Below are positions 1-9,534 of a DNA stretch of 64,000 nt, one piece after another; position 1 is the stretch's first letter, and the number at the start of each line of letters is the position of its first letter. The position numbers were made by a program, and so were the translations under genes. Origin of the DNA: Ostreococcus lucimarinus (taxonomy: Eukaryota); the NCBI GenBank assembly GCA_000092065.1, contig CP000586.1; one strand, written 5' to 3'. The notes beneath the pieces are model-generated. The model saw only the letters and a list, made by a program, of their open reading frames with translations. It did not search any database and was not told the origin of the DNA.

Positions 1-5
1 TGAAG

Positions 6-1496
6 TTGATGGCCGCTCGCTGGGCGGTGGAGAGTATGGAGAAGAATTATCGCCGCGCGGTCGCTCTGGCGCCGAGCGAAAAGCAGAAAGTCCTTCGTGA
101 AATCGATGTCCTTTGGTCCGCTGCGCAGAAGGCTGAGTTGCGCGTCCTCGCTGCGGTGCATCAAGCCGAAGAGAACGATAGGCTCTATCGGCGGCACTCC
201 GCGATTCGATTAAGTCTCGAAATCGAACACGCGGCTTGGACTTTGTGGCAGGGTGGGAGTCCTTTCATCTCCGCTCAGCTCTCGCGACTGTCGCTTTCGC
301 GCGAACGCCAGGTTGACTCTTCTGGGATGCTGCGATTTAAGCTGCACGGTTTAAGTATGGTGTCGCTCGATGAAGGCTGCGTCGATCAGATGTTTTCTCG
401 CTGGATTCCACCGGGAAGCGTGCACGAATCACGCGCGCGTAACGACGCGCCGTTGATTGACTTTTTCTCCATCCGCGCGGGATCGGCGCCGGAGAAACCG
501 GTATACGACCATTTGGAGCTGAGTGTGCAACCGTTCGAGGTGGACATCAAGCACTCGCAGTACAAAATGATTTACCAATATCTCTTTCCAATGACGAAGT
601 CCAGCGATCACGACGCGTTTGAGAATGTTTACAGGCGTCCGGCGCTCGCCAAGAATGCGGAGATGTCGCCGCGCGAGAGCTTGATTCGGGCGCAATCTAT
701 AAACGCAAAGGGTGTGCATCTGACGCCGCTTGAATTGCCGTCGGAGATGTCGGCGTCAAAGCATCGGCGACGATGGCGTTGGAACGAAGAAAAAGATGAA
801 GTTCTCGAAGAGTTTGAAGACGTGCATGCGAAAAAGGGCGAAAAGGGTATTGATCACAAAACCGTACTTTTGCGCTATTTCAGAATTCATCCTCTGCACA
901 TGGAGATGACGTACGAAGGCAAATCACGCGGGTTCAGAGACTTGCAACTCGGCGTCGACGCCTTTGCGTACGAAAACTTTTCCGGTCGCTGGCGTGACTT
1001 GACGTCAGAGCTTAAAAACCACATCGTATGGAGCGTGTTGAAATCGCTCGTCGGCTTTCGAGGAAAGTTTGTCGAGAGCAAGATCGATGACACGCAGTCC
1101 ATCTTCATGCGCGTCGCGGAGCGGTTGAAGAAAACTGCCAACTTGCTCCCGAAGCCCAAACCAGAAACTTCCAGCGGCGCCGAGCACGATTCCGAGTCGG
1201 AGACGGCCGTCGACGACCGAATTAAGTCGCAGACGTCCCAGGCCGAACTCTTTCGCACCGGATGGAACGACGTCGACGTCGATATCGAAGTACCGCGCGG
1301 CGATGGTCGAAAAGCGCCGTCGCGACGCTTCTCGAGGAAGAAGAAGAAACCTCGCCGCATCCGCCCAATCAAAAACACCAAGAAATTCCTCGCCACGGTC
1401 GGCATTGGCTCCTACACGCCGAGCGGTGCCGAGGGAACGCCTTCTTTGCGCAGCCGCACCGAAGTCATCGACGCGTGGTCCACCCCAAACTTGTAA
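6..1496 (+). CDS. Hypothetical protein, 5'-truncated by the window edge (no ATG; the ORF runs to nt 1). Lys/Arg-rich tail. A segment 'LELSVQPFEVDIKHSQYKMIYQYLFP' faintly recalls the C-terminal motifs of bridge-like lipid-transfer (VPS13/Apt1) proteins, but it is unassigned.
   Basis: Long ORF in frame 3 that begins at the window edge with a non-ATG codon. GC3-rich codon usage like neighbouring genes. No recognisable catalytic motif. Confidence 0.45.
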   Translation: MMAARWAVESMEKNYRRAVALAPSEKQKVLREIDVLWSAAQKAELRVLAAVHQAEENDRLYRRHSAIRLSLEIEHAAWTLWQGGSPFISAQLSRLSLSRERQVDSSGMLRFKLHGLSMVSLDEGCVDQMFSRWIPPGSVHESRARNDAPLIDFFSIRAGSAPEKPVYDHLELSVQPFEVDIKHSQYKMIYQYLFPMTKSSDHDAFENVYRRPALAKNAEMSPRESLIRAQSINAKGVHLTPLELPSEMSASKHRRRWRWNEEKDEVLEEFEDVHAKKGEKGIDHKTVLLRYFRIHPLHMEMTYEGKSRGFRDLQLGVDAFAYENFSGRWRDLTSELKNHIVWSVLKSLVGFRGKFVESKIDDTQSIFMRVAERLKKTANLLPKPKPETSSGAEHDSESETAVDDRIKSQTSQAELFRTGWNDVDVDIEVPRGDGRKAPSRRFSRKKKKPRRIRPIKNTKKFLATVGIGSYTPSGAEGTPSLRSRTEVIDAWSTPNL

Positions 1497-1646
1497 CGTT
1501 GTAATACTACTCGCGGCGTCAAACTGCAGAAAGGGGAACGAGCACGAAAAAGAGACGATTTGTCTCTCCGAGTGCGCAATCGCTCGCCCGGCGTCACTTC
1601 GCGCCTCGCGCGCGCGGCGAACGCGCATCCCGAGACGAAGCACACG

Positions 1647-2792
1647 ATGCCCACGTCACCGCTCGCCGATCGCGCGCCGCTGAGCGACGCCGACGCGAAC
1701 GCGAACGCGAACGATGATGGATTCATGAGCCACGCGCCGCGCGCCATCAAATTACGAAACGTCGCGACGCACCACCCGGTGCGTAAACTCGGCCCGAGCA
1801 CGGGCGTCGAGGCGATCTTGGGCGGTGATGAAAACGCGCCGTTCGCGCAGAACGCGCAGAGGAAGTGGAACGAGAACCGGGCGAGACAGCACGCGGGGGC
1901 GAATCTGTTCGGCGCGGCGTCGCCGGCGAAGCGAGACGCGCGAGAGGAAAGAATCAAAGATGCGAATGGGAAACTCGCGGACGTCGGCGCGAGGTACGAC
2001 ATCGTGAGCGCGAAGACGTTAACGCTGCAAGAGTTGAGACAGGCGTGCCGGGCGCGAGGGGTGAATCCTGGGGGAAGTAAGGATGCGCTGTGCGAACGGT
2101 TGGAGGACGCGATAAAGGCGGGCGCGCCGCCGCTGACGTTAGATTCGAGACCGACGACGCAACGAAGTGCGATTGGAGCGGGTGCGCGATTTACGAGTAA
2201 GGCGTGCGAAGTGCGGGCGCCGTCGATGGCGCAGCGCGAACTGCGCGAGTCGCAACAGATTTGGCGAAGCCAGCAAAACGGACACGACATCTTCGGGACG
2301 TCCTTCGGCGACGCGGAGACAAAGAAGCGGAAAGTCGTCGAGGGACCGAAGACGACGTTTTCATTCGAAGCCATCACGCAGTCGTACGTCGACGAGGGCG
2401 CTGTCGCGACGAAGGAGGCCGACGTCGCGCCCAAGCGTGCGAAGCGCGAAGCGCCGGCTTCCACGAATCCCATCACCGACGCCTTCGTTGAAGCGCCCAA
2501 GGCGGAGGTCGAGACGATGGCGGACCATCGCAAATCGGCGTGGTCGAATTTCCAAGGCGCGGGTTTGTTCTCCGAACACTGGACGACCGCGGAAGACGAA
2601 GCAGCGGCCGACGAGGCGCTCGTGAAATCATCCACCACCGAAACCGGCGCGTGGAAGACGCTCGAAGAAGAGCAAGACGAGCAGGACGAAGACGAGGCCG
2701 AGGCCATCGCCGAGCGCGAGGCCGACGAAGCCGTCGCGGCGGCAGAGCGCGAGTTAGCCGAAGAGCTCGCTCGCGAAGAGCAATCCGACTAG
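1647..2792 (+). CDS. SAP-domain protein with an acidic C-terminus (putative DNA/chromatin-binding).
   Basis: SAP motif 'LTLQELRQACRARGVNPGGSKDALCERLEDAIKAG'. The track ORF 1560 starts at TTG; the first in-frame ATG is at 1647 (MPTSPL...). Glu/Asp-rich tail. Confidence 0.6.
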   Translation: MPTSPLADRAPLSDADANANANDDGFMSHAPRAIKLRNVATHHPVRKLGPSTGVEAILGGDENAPFAQNAQRKWNENRARQHAGANLFGAASPAKRDAREERIKDANGKLADVGARYDIVSAKTLTLQELRQACRARGVNPGGSKDALCERLEDAIKAGAPPLTLDSRPTTQRSAIGAGARFTSKACEVRAPSMAQRELRESQQIWRSQQNGHDIFGTSFGDAETKKRKVVEGPKTTFSFEAITQSYVDEGAVATKEADVAPKRAKREAPASTNPITDAFVEAPKAEVETMADHRKSAWSNFQGAGLFSEHWTTAEDEAAADEALVKSSTTETGAWKTLEEEQDEQDEDEAEAIAEREADEAVAAAERELAEELAREEQSD

Positions 2793-3121
2793 CGGCGGCC
2801 GAGCGCAAGTGAGCTTAAGAGCTCGCGAGCCTAAGAGCTCGCTCGCGAAGAGCCATCCGACGCGTCGGCGCCGAACGCTCGCGACTTCGTCTCGCCGCAC
2901 GCGCGCGCGAGCCGACACACGCCGAAACGCCCTTCGTCGCGCGTTCTTTTTCATGTAATCTCATCGTCACCGACTCACGCGTCTCGCGCCCTCCCGTCGC
3001 GATCCGTCATCCGCGCCGTCTCTCGCGCCGCGCCTCCGCCCGGCGCCTCGGCGCGGTGCTTTTTGAGATCCATCGTCATCCGCACATCGACGCCCGCGCC
3101 CCCCACGCGCGCGAGCGCGCG

Positions 3122-4327
3122 ATGAAGATCAAGTGCGGTCAGTGCGGAGAGGTGTTCGCGGACATCGCGCGCGCGAAATCGCACGGCGCGACGACCGGAC
3201 ACGACAGTTTCGAAGCCGCGAACGATGACGATGCGACCGCGACCGCGACGGCACACGCGACGAACGCGACGCCCGTCGACGGTGACGCCGCGCCGGACGC
3301 GGTGAAAGAAGACGCGACGACGCGCGATGAGGCGTCGACGCTGAAAGAACCGAGCGTGCGCGAGGATTTATTGCAAGAATTGACGGAATTGATGGGATTC
3401 GGGAGAAACAAAGCCGTGCGCGCGTTGTACTACTCGAAGGCGGATTCCGCGGAACGGGCGATCGATTGGATAGAGCGACACGAAGACGATGCGGACGTGA
3501 ACGAACCGTTGTTGGTGGAAGATGAAGGCTTGAAGGCGCGAGAGGTGAAGACGGTGAGTAAGATGACGCCGGAGGAAGCCAAGGCAAAGGCGGACGAGTT
3601 GCGTAGAAACGCGGCCGCTAAAAAGGCGGAGCGGTTGTTGGAGGAGAAGGAGATGGAACGACTGCGAGAGCAAGAACGGATCCGGAGCGGGAAAGAATTG
3701 TTGGAGGCGAAGAAGTTGGAAGATGATCTCAGTTTGAAGCGAAATGCCGAGCAGAGGGCGGCGGAGAAGGCGGAGATGGATCGAGCGCGCGCCGCGATTC
3801 GCGTGAAAATCGACGAAGACAGACGAGAGCGTCGACGAAAGCTCGGATTGCCGGAGGAGTTATCGCCCGAGGAGATGGAGGAGGAGCGTCAACGCGAGGA
3901 GGCGCGTGCGCAGGCGGCGCAAGAGGAGATAGCTCGCAAGGCTGCGGCGGGGATGTACGTCAAACCGGTTTCGAAATTGGAAAATTTACGCAAGCACTTG
4001 GTGGACATTAAAAAGGCGTTCGCCGAAGACGCCGACGCCGTGACGACGTGCTTTAAGACGCTGTTGACGTACCTCGGCAACATCGCCCGCGATCCGAGCG
4101 AAGAAAAGTATCGCTCTATCAAGCTCTCCAACGCCGCGTTTCAAAAGCGCGTCGCCGCCGTGGGGGGCGAAATCTATCTCTTGGAATTTGGTTTCGTCGA
4201 AACTGTCGACGACGCCGGAGAAAAGCGTCTCGTGTTACCGCGCGACGGCGCCGACCCGGTGTTATTGCGCACCGCGGGCGAGGAGCTTCACGGCGCGATT
4301 GAGAATCCATTCTTTGGCGCGCTTTAG
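3122..4327 (+). CDS. Protein with an N-terminal C2H2-like zinc finger, a UBA-like domain and a C-terminal PUB (PUG) domain; a p97/ubiquitin-system adaptor-like protein.
   Basis: Zinc finger 'CGQCGEVF...HGATTGH'. UBA-like 'EDLLQELTELMGFGRNKAVRALYYSKADSAERAIDWI'. PUB signature 'LLTYLGNIARDPSEEKYRSIKLSNAAFQKRV' matches the PNGase PUB core '[27 protein letters not shown]'. First ATG is residue 23 of the track ORF. Confidence 0.7.
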   Translation: MKIKCGQCGEVFADIARAKSHGATTGHDSFEAANDDDATATATAHATNATPVDGDAAPDAVKEDATTRDEASTLKEPSVREDLLQELTELMGFGRNKAVRALYYSKADSAERAIDWIERHEDDADVNEPLLVEDEGLKAREVKTVSKMTPEEAKAKADELRRNAAAKKAERLLEEKEMERLREQERIRSGKELLEAKKLEDDLSLKRNAEQRAAEKAEMDRARAAIRVKIDEDRRERRRKLGLPEELSPEEMEEERQREEARAQAAQEEIARKAAAGMYVKPVSKLENLRKHLVDIKKAFAEDADAVTTCFKTLLTYLGNIARDPSEEKYRSIKLSNAAFQKRVAAVGGEIYLLEFGFVETVDDAGEKRLVLPRDGADPVLLRTAGEELHGAIENPFFGAL

Positions 4328-4472
4328 CCACGATATTCCGTATCTCTTGAAATGAAACACCGACCACATTCGTTCCTTCGTCGGCGTTCGGTTCGCCGCG
4401 CTCTCCGGCGCCTCATTCTCCAGCGCGCGACGACGACCGCGACCGCGCCGCCGCGCGTCGCCGCGTCGATCG

Positions 4473-5399
4473 ATGGCGCGGAAGAAGACAAAGAAGCGTC
4501 CGGTCATCGCGCGCGACGACGTCGAGTCGCGCGCGACGCTCAAAAGCGACGATGAAACGGAAGATTACGACGACGCGGATTCGTCGCCCGCGCGCGTTCC
4601 GAACGGCGTGGACGCCTCGCGCGTCGCGTTCGGCGCGCGGGCGTCGCCGTCGCGCGTCCGAGGCGAAGACGAAGGACCGGTGAAGCTGTGCGTCACGGTG
4701 CGGCCGCAGGTCGTCGTCGACGACGACGAAGCGTCGATGCGGATAGATATTTTAGAAGAGGTCGTGGAGGATTTGAAGCTCGAGCTCGACGGGTACCGAG
4801 CGGCGGCGCGGGAGTTGGCGATCGAGATCGAGGCGAAGGATAGAGCGCTCGAGGCGAGCGCGAGGGACACGCGACACGAAAAGACGGAGGGACGCGCGCT
4901 GGCCGTGCGCGAGGCCACGGCGAGATTGACGGATAGATTGGAAAAGGCGGAGAAAGCGGTCGAGCGCGAACGCGGGGATGGCGATCGAGGACGCAAAGCT
5001 TTGGAGACGCTGAAGAAAATGGAAGCCGAACTCGAGCGGCGGATGTGCGACCAAGACGAGGCGTTCGAGCTCAAGTGGGCGCAGCGCGTGGCGGAGGCTA
5101 ACGCCGATCGAGACGCGTTTCGTGGTAAACTCGCCAAGCTGGAGGGCGAGATGGAGACGGTTAAAATCTCGGAAGAACGCGCTCGGAGCGAATTGGTTTC
5201 GGCGAAACGTCAAATCGACGAGTTACAGCTCCGTCTAGCCCGAGCGCTTTCCGCGCCCGCACCGCGCGGAAACGAGCGCACGGACGATCCACGCGACGTC
5301 GTCGACGACGACGCGTCGAAACCTCGTCGTGGTTTCTTTTCCTTCATCACGGGCGTGCCCGAGGCGCCGAAATCGGACCGTCCCGTCGTCGACGCCTAG
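4473..5399 (+). CDS. Coiled-coil protein of unknown function.
   Basis: ATG-initiated 308-aa ORF with a heptad-rich E/R/A/L central region and GC3-rich codons. No family assignment. Confidence 0.5.
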   Translation: MARKKTKKRPVIARDDVESRATLKSDDETEDYDDADSSPARVPNGVDASRVAFGARASPSRVRGEDEGPVKLCVTVRPQVVVDDDEASMRIDILEEVVEDLKLELDGYRAAARELAIEIEAKDRALEASARDTRHEKTEGRALAVREATARLTDRLEKAEKAVERERGDGDRGRKALETLKKMEAELERRMCDQDEAFELKWAQRVAEANADRDAFRGKLAKLEGEMETVKISEERARSELVSAKRQIDELQLRLARALSAPAPRGNERTDDPRDVVDDDASKPRRGFFSFITGVPEAPKSDRPVVDA

Positions 5400-5641
5400 C
5401 CCGCGCCGTCTCGACGTTCAACCCATCGCAACGCATCACAGACACCGACGACCGACGCGTATTAATCCATGCATCCGCCCACGCGTCTCGCGCCCGATCG
5501 CTCGCGCGCGCGGCGCCCCGCGTCCCGGTCTTCGTCTCTCGCGCGTCGCGTCGATTTAAATCAGTTGGGACAGCCGCGCGCGCGGGCCATCGCACTTGAC
5601 CGTCATTCCTCGACGCGCCTCGCGCGCCGTCGCGCGCGCCG

Positions 5642-8512
5642 ATGACCGAGACCGCGCTCGTCATCGCGCGGACGCCCGCGGATAAGTACCGCGTGCGAGC
5701 GTGCGCGCAATGCGACAGAAAAGGCGACGCACTCGCGATTCATTGGCGACGCGGGCACGACCCATCGTCCGCGCTGTTCGGGAAGGATCTGTGCGATAAG
5801 TGCGGTAAAGCCGAGAGCCGACGGTTGGTGAAGGAGCGAGGCGCGGTCCCGCGCGTGGTGTTTCGAGGAACGACGGACGGCGCGACGAGGGCGCCGAGGG
5901 CGTCGGGGAAGACGTCGGGGACGAGACGACGAAGGGCGCCGGCGGTTGGCGGAGAGAAGACGCCGCCGGCGAAGGCGAGATCGCGACCGGAGACGAAGCT
6001 CGGCGCTAAGAAAGCGGTGAGAAAGGCGAAGACGTCGCACGCTGGGTTGGGGTCGATCGCGGTGGTGCGTGAAAAGCTGAGACAATTGGCGACGGAGGAA
6101 CCGTATTACGCGTGCGAATCCTGGCGGCGAACGCCGTACGACATCACTCCGTACGATGTGCTGCCGGATGGTGCGTACGTCGCGGGCGTCGGTGTCGAAG
6201 ATGAGGACGCGAAAGTGTTGTTTGATCGGTTGAACACGTCGGTGAGGGATGGATGGACGGATTACGTGCCCGTGAGCGTGAGCGACGGGACCGCGGCGGC
6301 GGCGACGGGACAGCAACCGTCGATGAAGGCGCACAGTGGACTGGAATTAGATTTGTCCACGGAGAAGTTGCGCACGCCGTTGCGTTTGGGGGTGGATGTG
6401 GAGGAAAGATCGCTGTGGGGGATGGATTGTTTCACGCGCGAAGCGATTTTGGCCAGCATATCTGGGGTGACGTGGTACGCGGGCGACGAGAATCGGCCCA
6501 GGCGAGTGGAGTATTTGCAACAGCGATTTCTACCGAAGTTGCACACGCTCGGCGCTGATGGCTGGGATGCGTCGCGTGTGGCGCAGTGCGTGCTCGATGA
6601 TGCGATAAAGAATGGTGAGAAACACACGGCGATGGCTTCGCGCGCGTTGCTGAGAGTTATTGCGGAGTGCGACGACGACTACGCCCGGGCGCCGGCGCCG
6701 AAAAAGAAGAAGGCAAACTCTACGACGACTACGGGAGAAGTCAAGGCGGAGGATCATACAGAAGAAATCGTCGAATCCCATGATCCGCGCGCTAGGCGCG
6801 AGAGATTTCGAATCCATCCCAAAGGTACGGGTGTGGTATGCATAAATCCCAACGGCTTGAAGGCGGGTACGTTCGTGAATCACTACATCGGTGAAATTTA
6901 TTCGCCGTGGAAGTGGTACGAACGGCAAGACGCCATAAAAAAGTGTTACCCCGGCATGGAGCTTCCCTCGTTCTTCAACATCACGCTGGAGCGTCCGCCG
7001 CACGATGATCGTGGGCGGCACGTCAGCTTCGTCGAAGCGATGCACAAAGGCTGCTTTGCGTCGCGGCTTTCGCACTCGTGCGAACCGAATTGTCAAACGG
7101 TGACGTTCGCAAAGGGAGGCAAGCTTACCCTCGGTATGTTCACCACGCAAGACATCGCGTACGGCGAAGAGATGACGTGGGACTATAGTTGCATCACCGA
7201 AAGCGCCGAGGAATACCGTACTGGATTTTGTCTGTGCTCGTCTCCAACGTGCCGAGGTTCGTTCCTCACGTATTCGGGCTCGGGCGCGTTCACGGCGGTG
7301 GTGAACAAAAAGCACGCATTTTTACATCGCAACGCCATACTTTTCAAGGCGAGCACGTCTGCGTTGACGAATGTTGATCGTAAGATGCTACATGACAGCG
7401 GTATCCGCGAATGTGCGCTCGAACATTGTCCGGACTGGGTCGTCAAGTGGGCGGCGTTGACTCTCGAGTACATCAAGCTAGAGGAGAACGAACTCCCGAA
7501 CGAGTTGATGAGCTTGCCCGCGACGCGTTTCGGTCGGTACAACGAACTCGGGGCAAAAAGCGAAGCAACTGGGGTGGCGGCAACGAGGATCACGAACCTT
7601 ATCGTTACGCTCGATAAAATCCGGTACGTGTTGACGCGATCCGGACAGGAACGAGCTCCATTCTTTCGAGTTTTGACAGAGAGCGAAGTGATCGAGCACC
7701 TTTGGAGCGGTGACGAGTCCATATTACGACGAATCTTGCGCTCAATATTAGCCGGCGCAGGGGCGAAGAAAGGGTCAAATTCTGTTGGCAAGAGTCGATT
7801 AGTCATGGCGAAGATGCCAAAAACCGGCGACGCTCGCGTCGACGCGGCGATGAAAGCGATTCAGGAACGCATCGACATTGATGAACGACCGAAGACCGCT
7901 AGTGGTGCGTGTGAGTCAATGCTCGAGATTTGTACGATTTTAAGGCGAATCGACGCGACTTTTTACGCGCAAGTGTCAGATTTGTTGTGGTTTTACGCCA
8001 ACACTCGCAACTGGTTCACACACGCCAAGCTCGATAACGTCATTTCGCCCGCGGTGAACATCGATGATGTGGCGAGCGTGATACCGACGACGCAGCGAAA
8101 GCACATCCCTAACGCATTCCGTGGTAACAGGGAGGCGATGCTGCAAAAACGGTACGGTGCTCTTTACGTATGGGGGCAGTTGGTGACGTGGTACAAGCAA
8201 ACCATTTACAGTCCCGATTCTTCGCTCAGCGCCGATCGTCGCGGGACTTTGTCGTTGCCAGATCCCGAGAGTTGTTGCAGCGCCGCGCCGTCGGCGTACG
8301 TGAACAAAGAGCGAAAGGAACTGTTCAAGGCTCTCCGCAAGAACAAGCATCAGTCTTGGCCGACGGCGACGTCGTGGAGTTTCAAAAATCCAGCCAAGGT
8401 GTACGGCTCACCGATGTTCGACGACGCGTTGCGAGAGATGTACCCGAAAGAGTACGCCTCGACCACGTCCTTCACCACTTTACTCGACAAGCACGAACGT
8501 CAGTCTATGTAG
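5642..8512 (+). CDS. SET-domain histone-lysine N-methyltransferase, ATXR3/SDG2-like (H3K4 class).
   Basis: SET/post-SET 'SHSCEPNC...AYGEEMTWDY...CITESAEEYRTGFCLCSSPTCRGSFLTYSGSGAF' aligns closely to the Arabidopsis ATXR3 C-terminal SET region '...SVTESKEEYEASVCLCGSQVCRGSYLNLTGEGAF'. 956 aa, ATG start. Confidence 0.8.
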   Translation: MTETALVIARTPADKYRVRACAQCDRKGDALAIHWRRGHDPSSALFGKDLCDKCGKAESRRLVKERGAVPRVVFRGTTDGATRAPRASGKTSGTRRRRAPAVGGEKTPPAKARSRPETKLGAKKAVRKAKTSHAGLGSIAVVREKLRQLATEEPYYACESWRRTPYDITPYDVLPDGAYVAGVGVEDEDAKVLFDRLNTSVRDGWTDYVPVSVSDGTAAAATGQQPSMKAHSGLELDLSTEKLRTPLRLGVDVEERSLWGMDCFTREAILASISGVTWYAGDENRPRRVEYLQQRFLPKLHTLGADGWDASRVAQCVLDDAIKNGEKHTAMASRALLRVIAECDDDYARAPAPKKKKANSTTTTGEVKAEDHTEEIVESHDPRARRERFRIHPKGTGVVCINPNGLKAGTFVNHYIGEIYSPWKWYERQDAIKKCYPGMELPSFFNITLERPPHDDRGRHVSFVEAMHKGCFASRLSHSCEPNCQTVTFAKGGKLTLGMFTTQDIAYGEEMTWDYSCITESAEEYRTGFCLCSSPTCRGSFLTYSGSGAFTAVVNKKHAFLHRNAILFKASTSALTNVDRKMLHDSGIRECALEHCPDWVVKWAALTLEYIKLEENELPNELMSLPATRFGRYNELGAKSEATGVAATRITNLIVTLDKIRYVLTRSGQERAPFFRVLTESEVIEHLWSGDESILRRILRSILAGAGAKKGSNSVGKSRLVMAKMPKTGDARVDAAMKAIQERIDIDERPKTASGACESMLEICTILRRIDATFYAQVSDLLWFYANTRNWFTHAKLDNVISPAVNIDDVASVIPTTQRKHIPNAFRGNREAMLQKRYGALYVWGQLVTWYKQTIYSPDSSLSADRRGTLSLPDPESCCSAAPSAYVNKERKELFKALRKNKHQSWPTATSWSFKNPAKVYGSPMFDDALREMYPKEYASTTSFTTLLDKHERQSM

Positions 8513-8642
8513 GTGACATGCGCCGCGCGTAACCTTTGCTTAGTTTGTATCGACTTCACGCGCGTCGATTCCCCGCGTCTCGCCCCGTCGCACTCGCCGT
8601 CGAGACGCGCGCCGCACACTCCCGCGCGCGACGACGCGCGAG

Positions 8643-9491
8643 ATGTCGTTTCATCCCAAGCCCGACGTCCCGGACGCGCTGGAGAGAGTCTCGCGATGCG
8701 ATATCCTGATCGCCCCCGCGCCTGGGACGTGCGGGAACGTGGGTCAGCTCGCGTGCGATGTCTTGGCGCTCAACCTGAATCTTTCGCGCGTCGGCGTCCT
8801 CGACTTCGAACACTTGATCCCGGTGTGTGGCCGCGATGCGCTGTACGATGACGTCGGGGATGGTGACGTCGCGGGCGCTTTGGCGTGCGCGTGCGAGGTG
8901 TACGTCGGAGAAGTGGACTTCGCGGCGGACGCGAAGGCGCGGGAAACGCGAACCGTCGTCGTCGCGCAGATCCGCAGCGACGCCAACATCGGTGCGCGAC
9001 GATTATTTTGCGAAGAGTACGTCAACTTTTTGACGACATTTACTCATCCCGAGCGCGTGGTGCTGCTGTCGAGCTTACCGTCGACGTACGGCGCGAGCGC
9101 GGCGCAAATCGGCGGGACGAAGTGGCGGCGGTTCGGCGGCGACGATGACTTCAAGTCCATGTGCGCCGCGAACGAATTGATCGAGCTCGAAAAAAATGTG
9201 TATCCACCTTCCGAAGAGATCGCGGAGTCCGTGGACCCGCACTGGGCGCTCGTGGATACGATAGGAACGAACACGCGCGTGGGGTGCGTCGTGGCGGTGT
9301 GCAGCGAGGGCGACAACAGCGTCGACGGCGCGGGGATGGCGCTTGCGGCGGCGCGCGCGTGTGGGATAGATGTAGGTACAGAACCGAAGGCGCCGATTCC
9401 TGGAGCGACGTACATCGGGCCGTGGCGCGTGCCGCGATCTTGGGAAGGCGCGTTCGGGTTGCGAGAAGTTAGCCGCGACATGTTCTCGTAG
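8643..9491 (+). CDS. PSMG2: Proteasome assembly chaperone 2 (PAC2/PSMG2 family).
   Basis: N-terminus 'ILIAPAPGTCGNVGQLACDVLALNL' matches the human PSMG2 'LLMPAVSVGNVGQLAMDLIISTL' core. 282 aa is the typical size. Confidence 0.7.
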   Translation: MSFHPKPDVPDALERVSRCDILIAPAPGTCGNVGQLACDVLALNLNLSRVGVLDFEHLIPVCGRDALYDDVGDGDVAGALACACEVYVGEVDFAADAKARETRTVVVAQIRSDANIGARRLFCEEYVNFLTTFTHPERVVLLSSLPSTYGASAAQIGGTKWRRFGGDDDFKSMCAANELIELEKNVYPPSEEIAESVDPHWALVDTIGTNTRVGCVVAVCSEGDNSVDGAGMALAAARACGIDVGTEPKAPIPGATYIGPWRVPRSWEGAFGLREVSRDMFS

Positions 9492-9534
9492 ACGGATGTC
9501 ATTTTCAATGTGCTGTTGTTACACGGAACGCATC

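Noticed and set aside
1412-2707. 431-aa minus-strand ORF, Ser/Ala-rich, antisense to the SAP-domain gene.
   Set aside because: Low-complexity translation typical of the reverse strand of GC3-rich coding DNA. No motifs. The plus-strand gene has a clear SAP domain.
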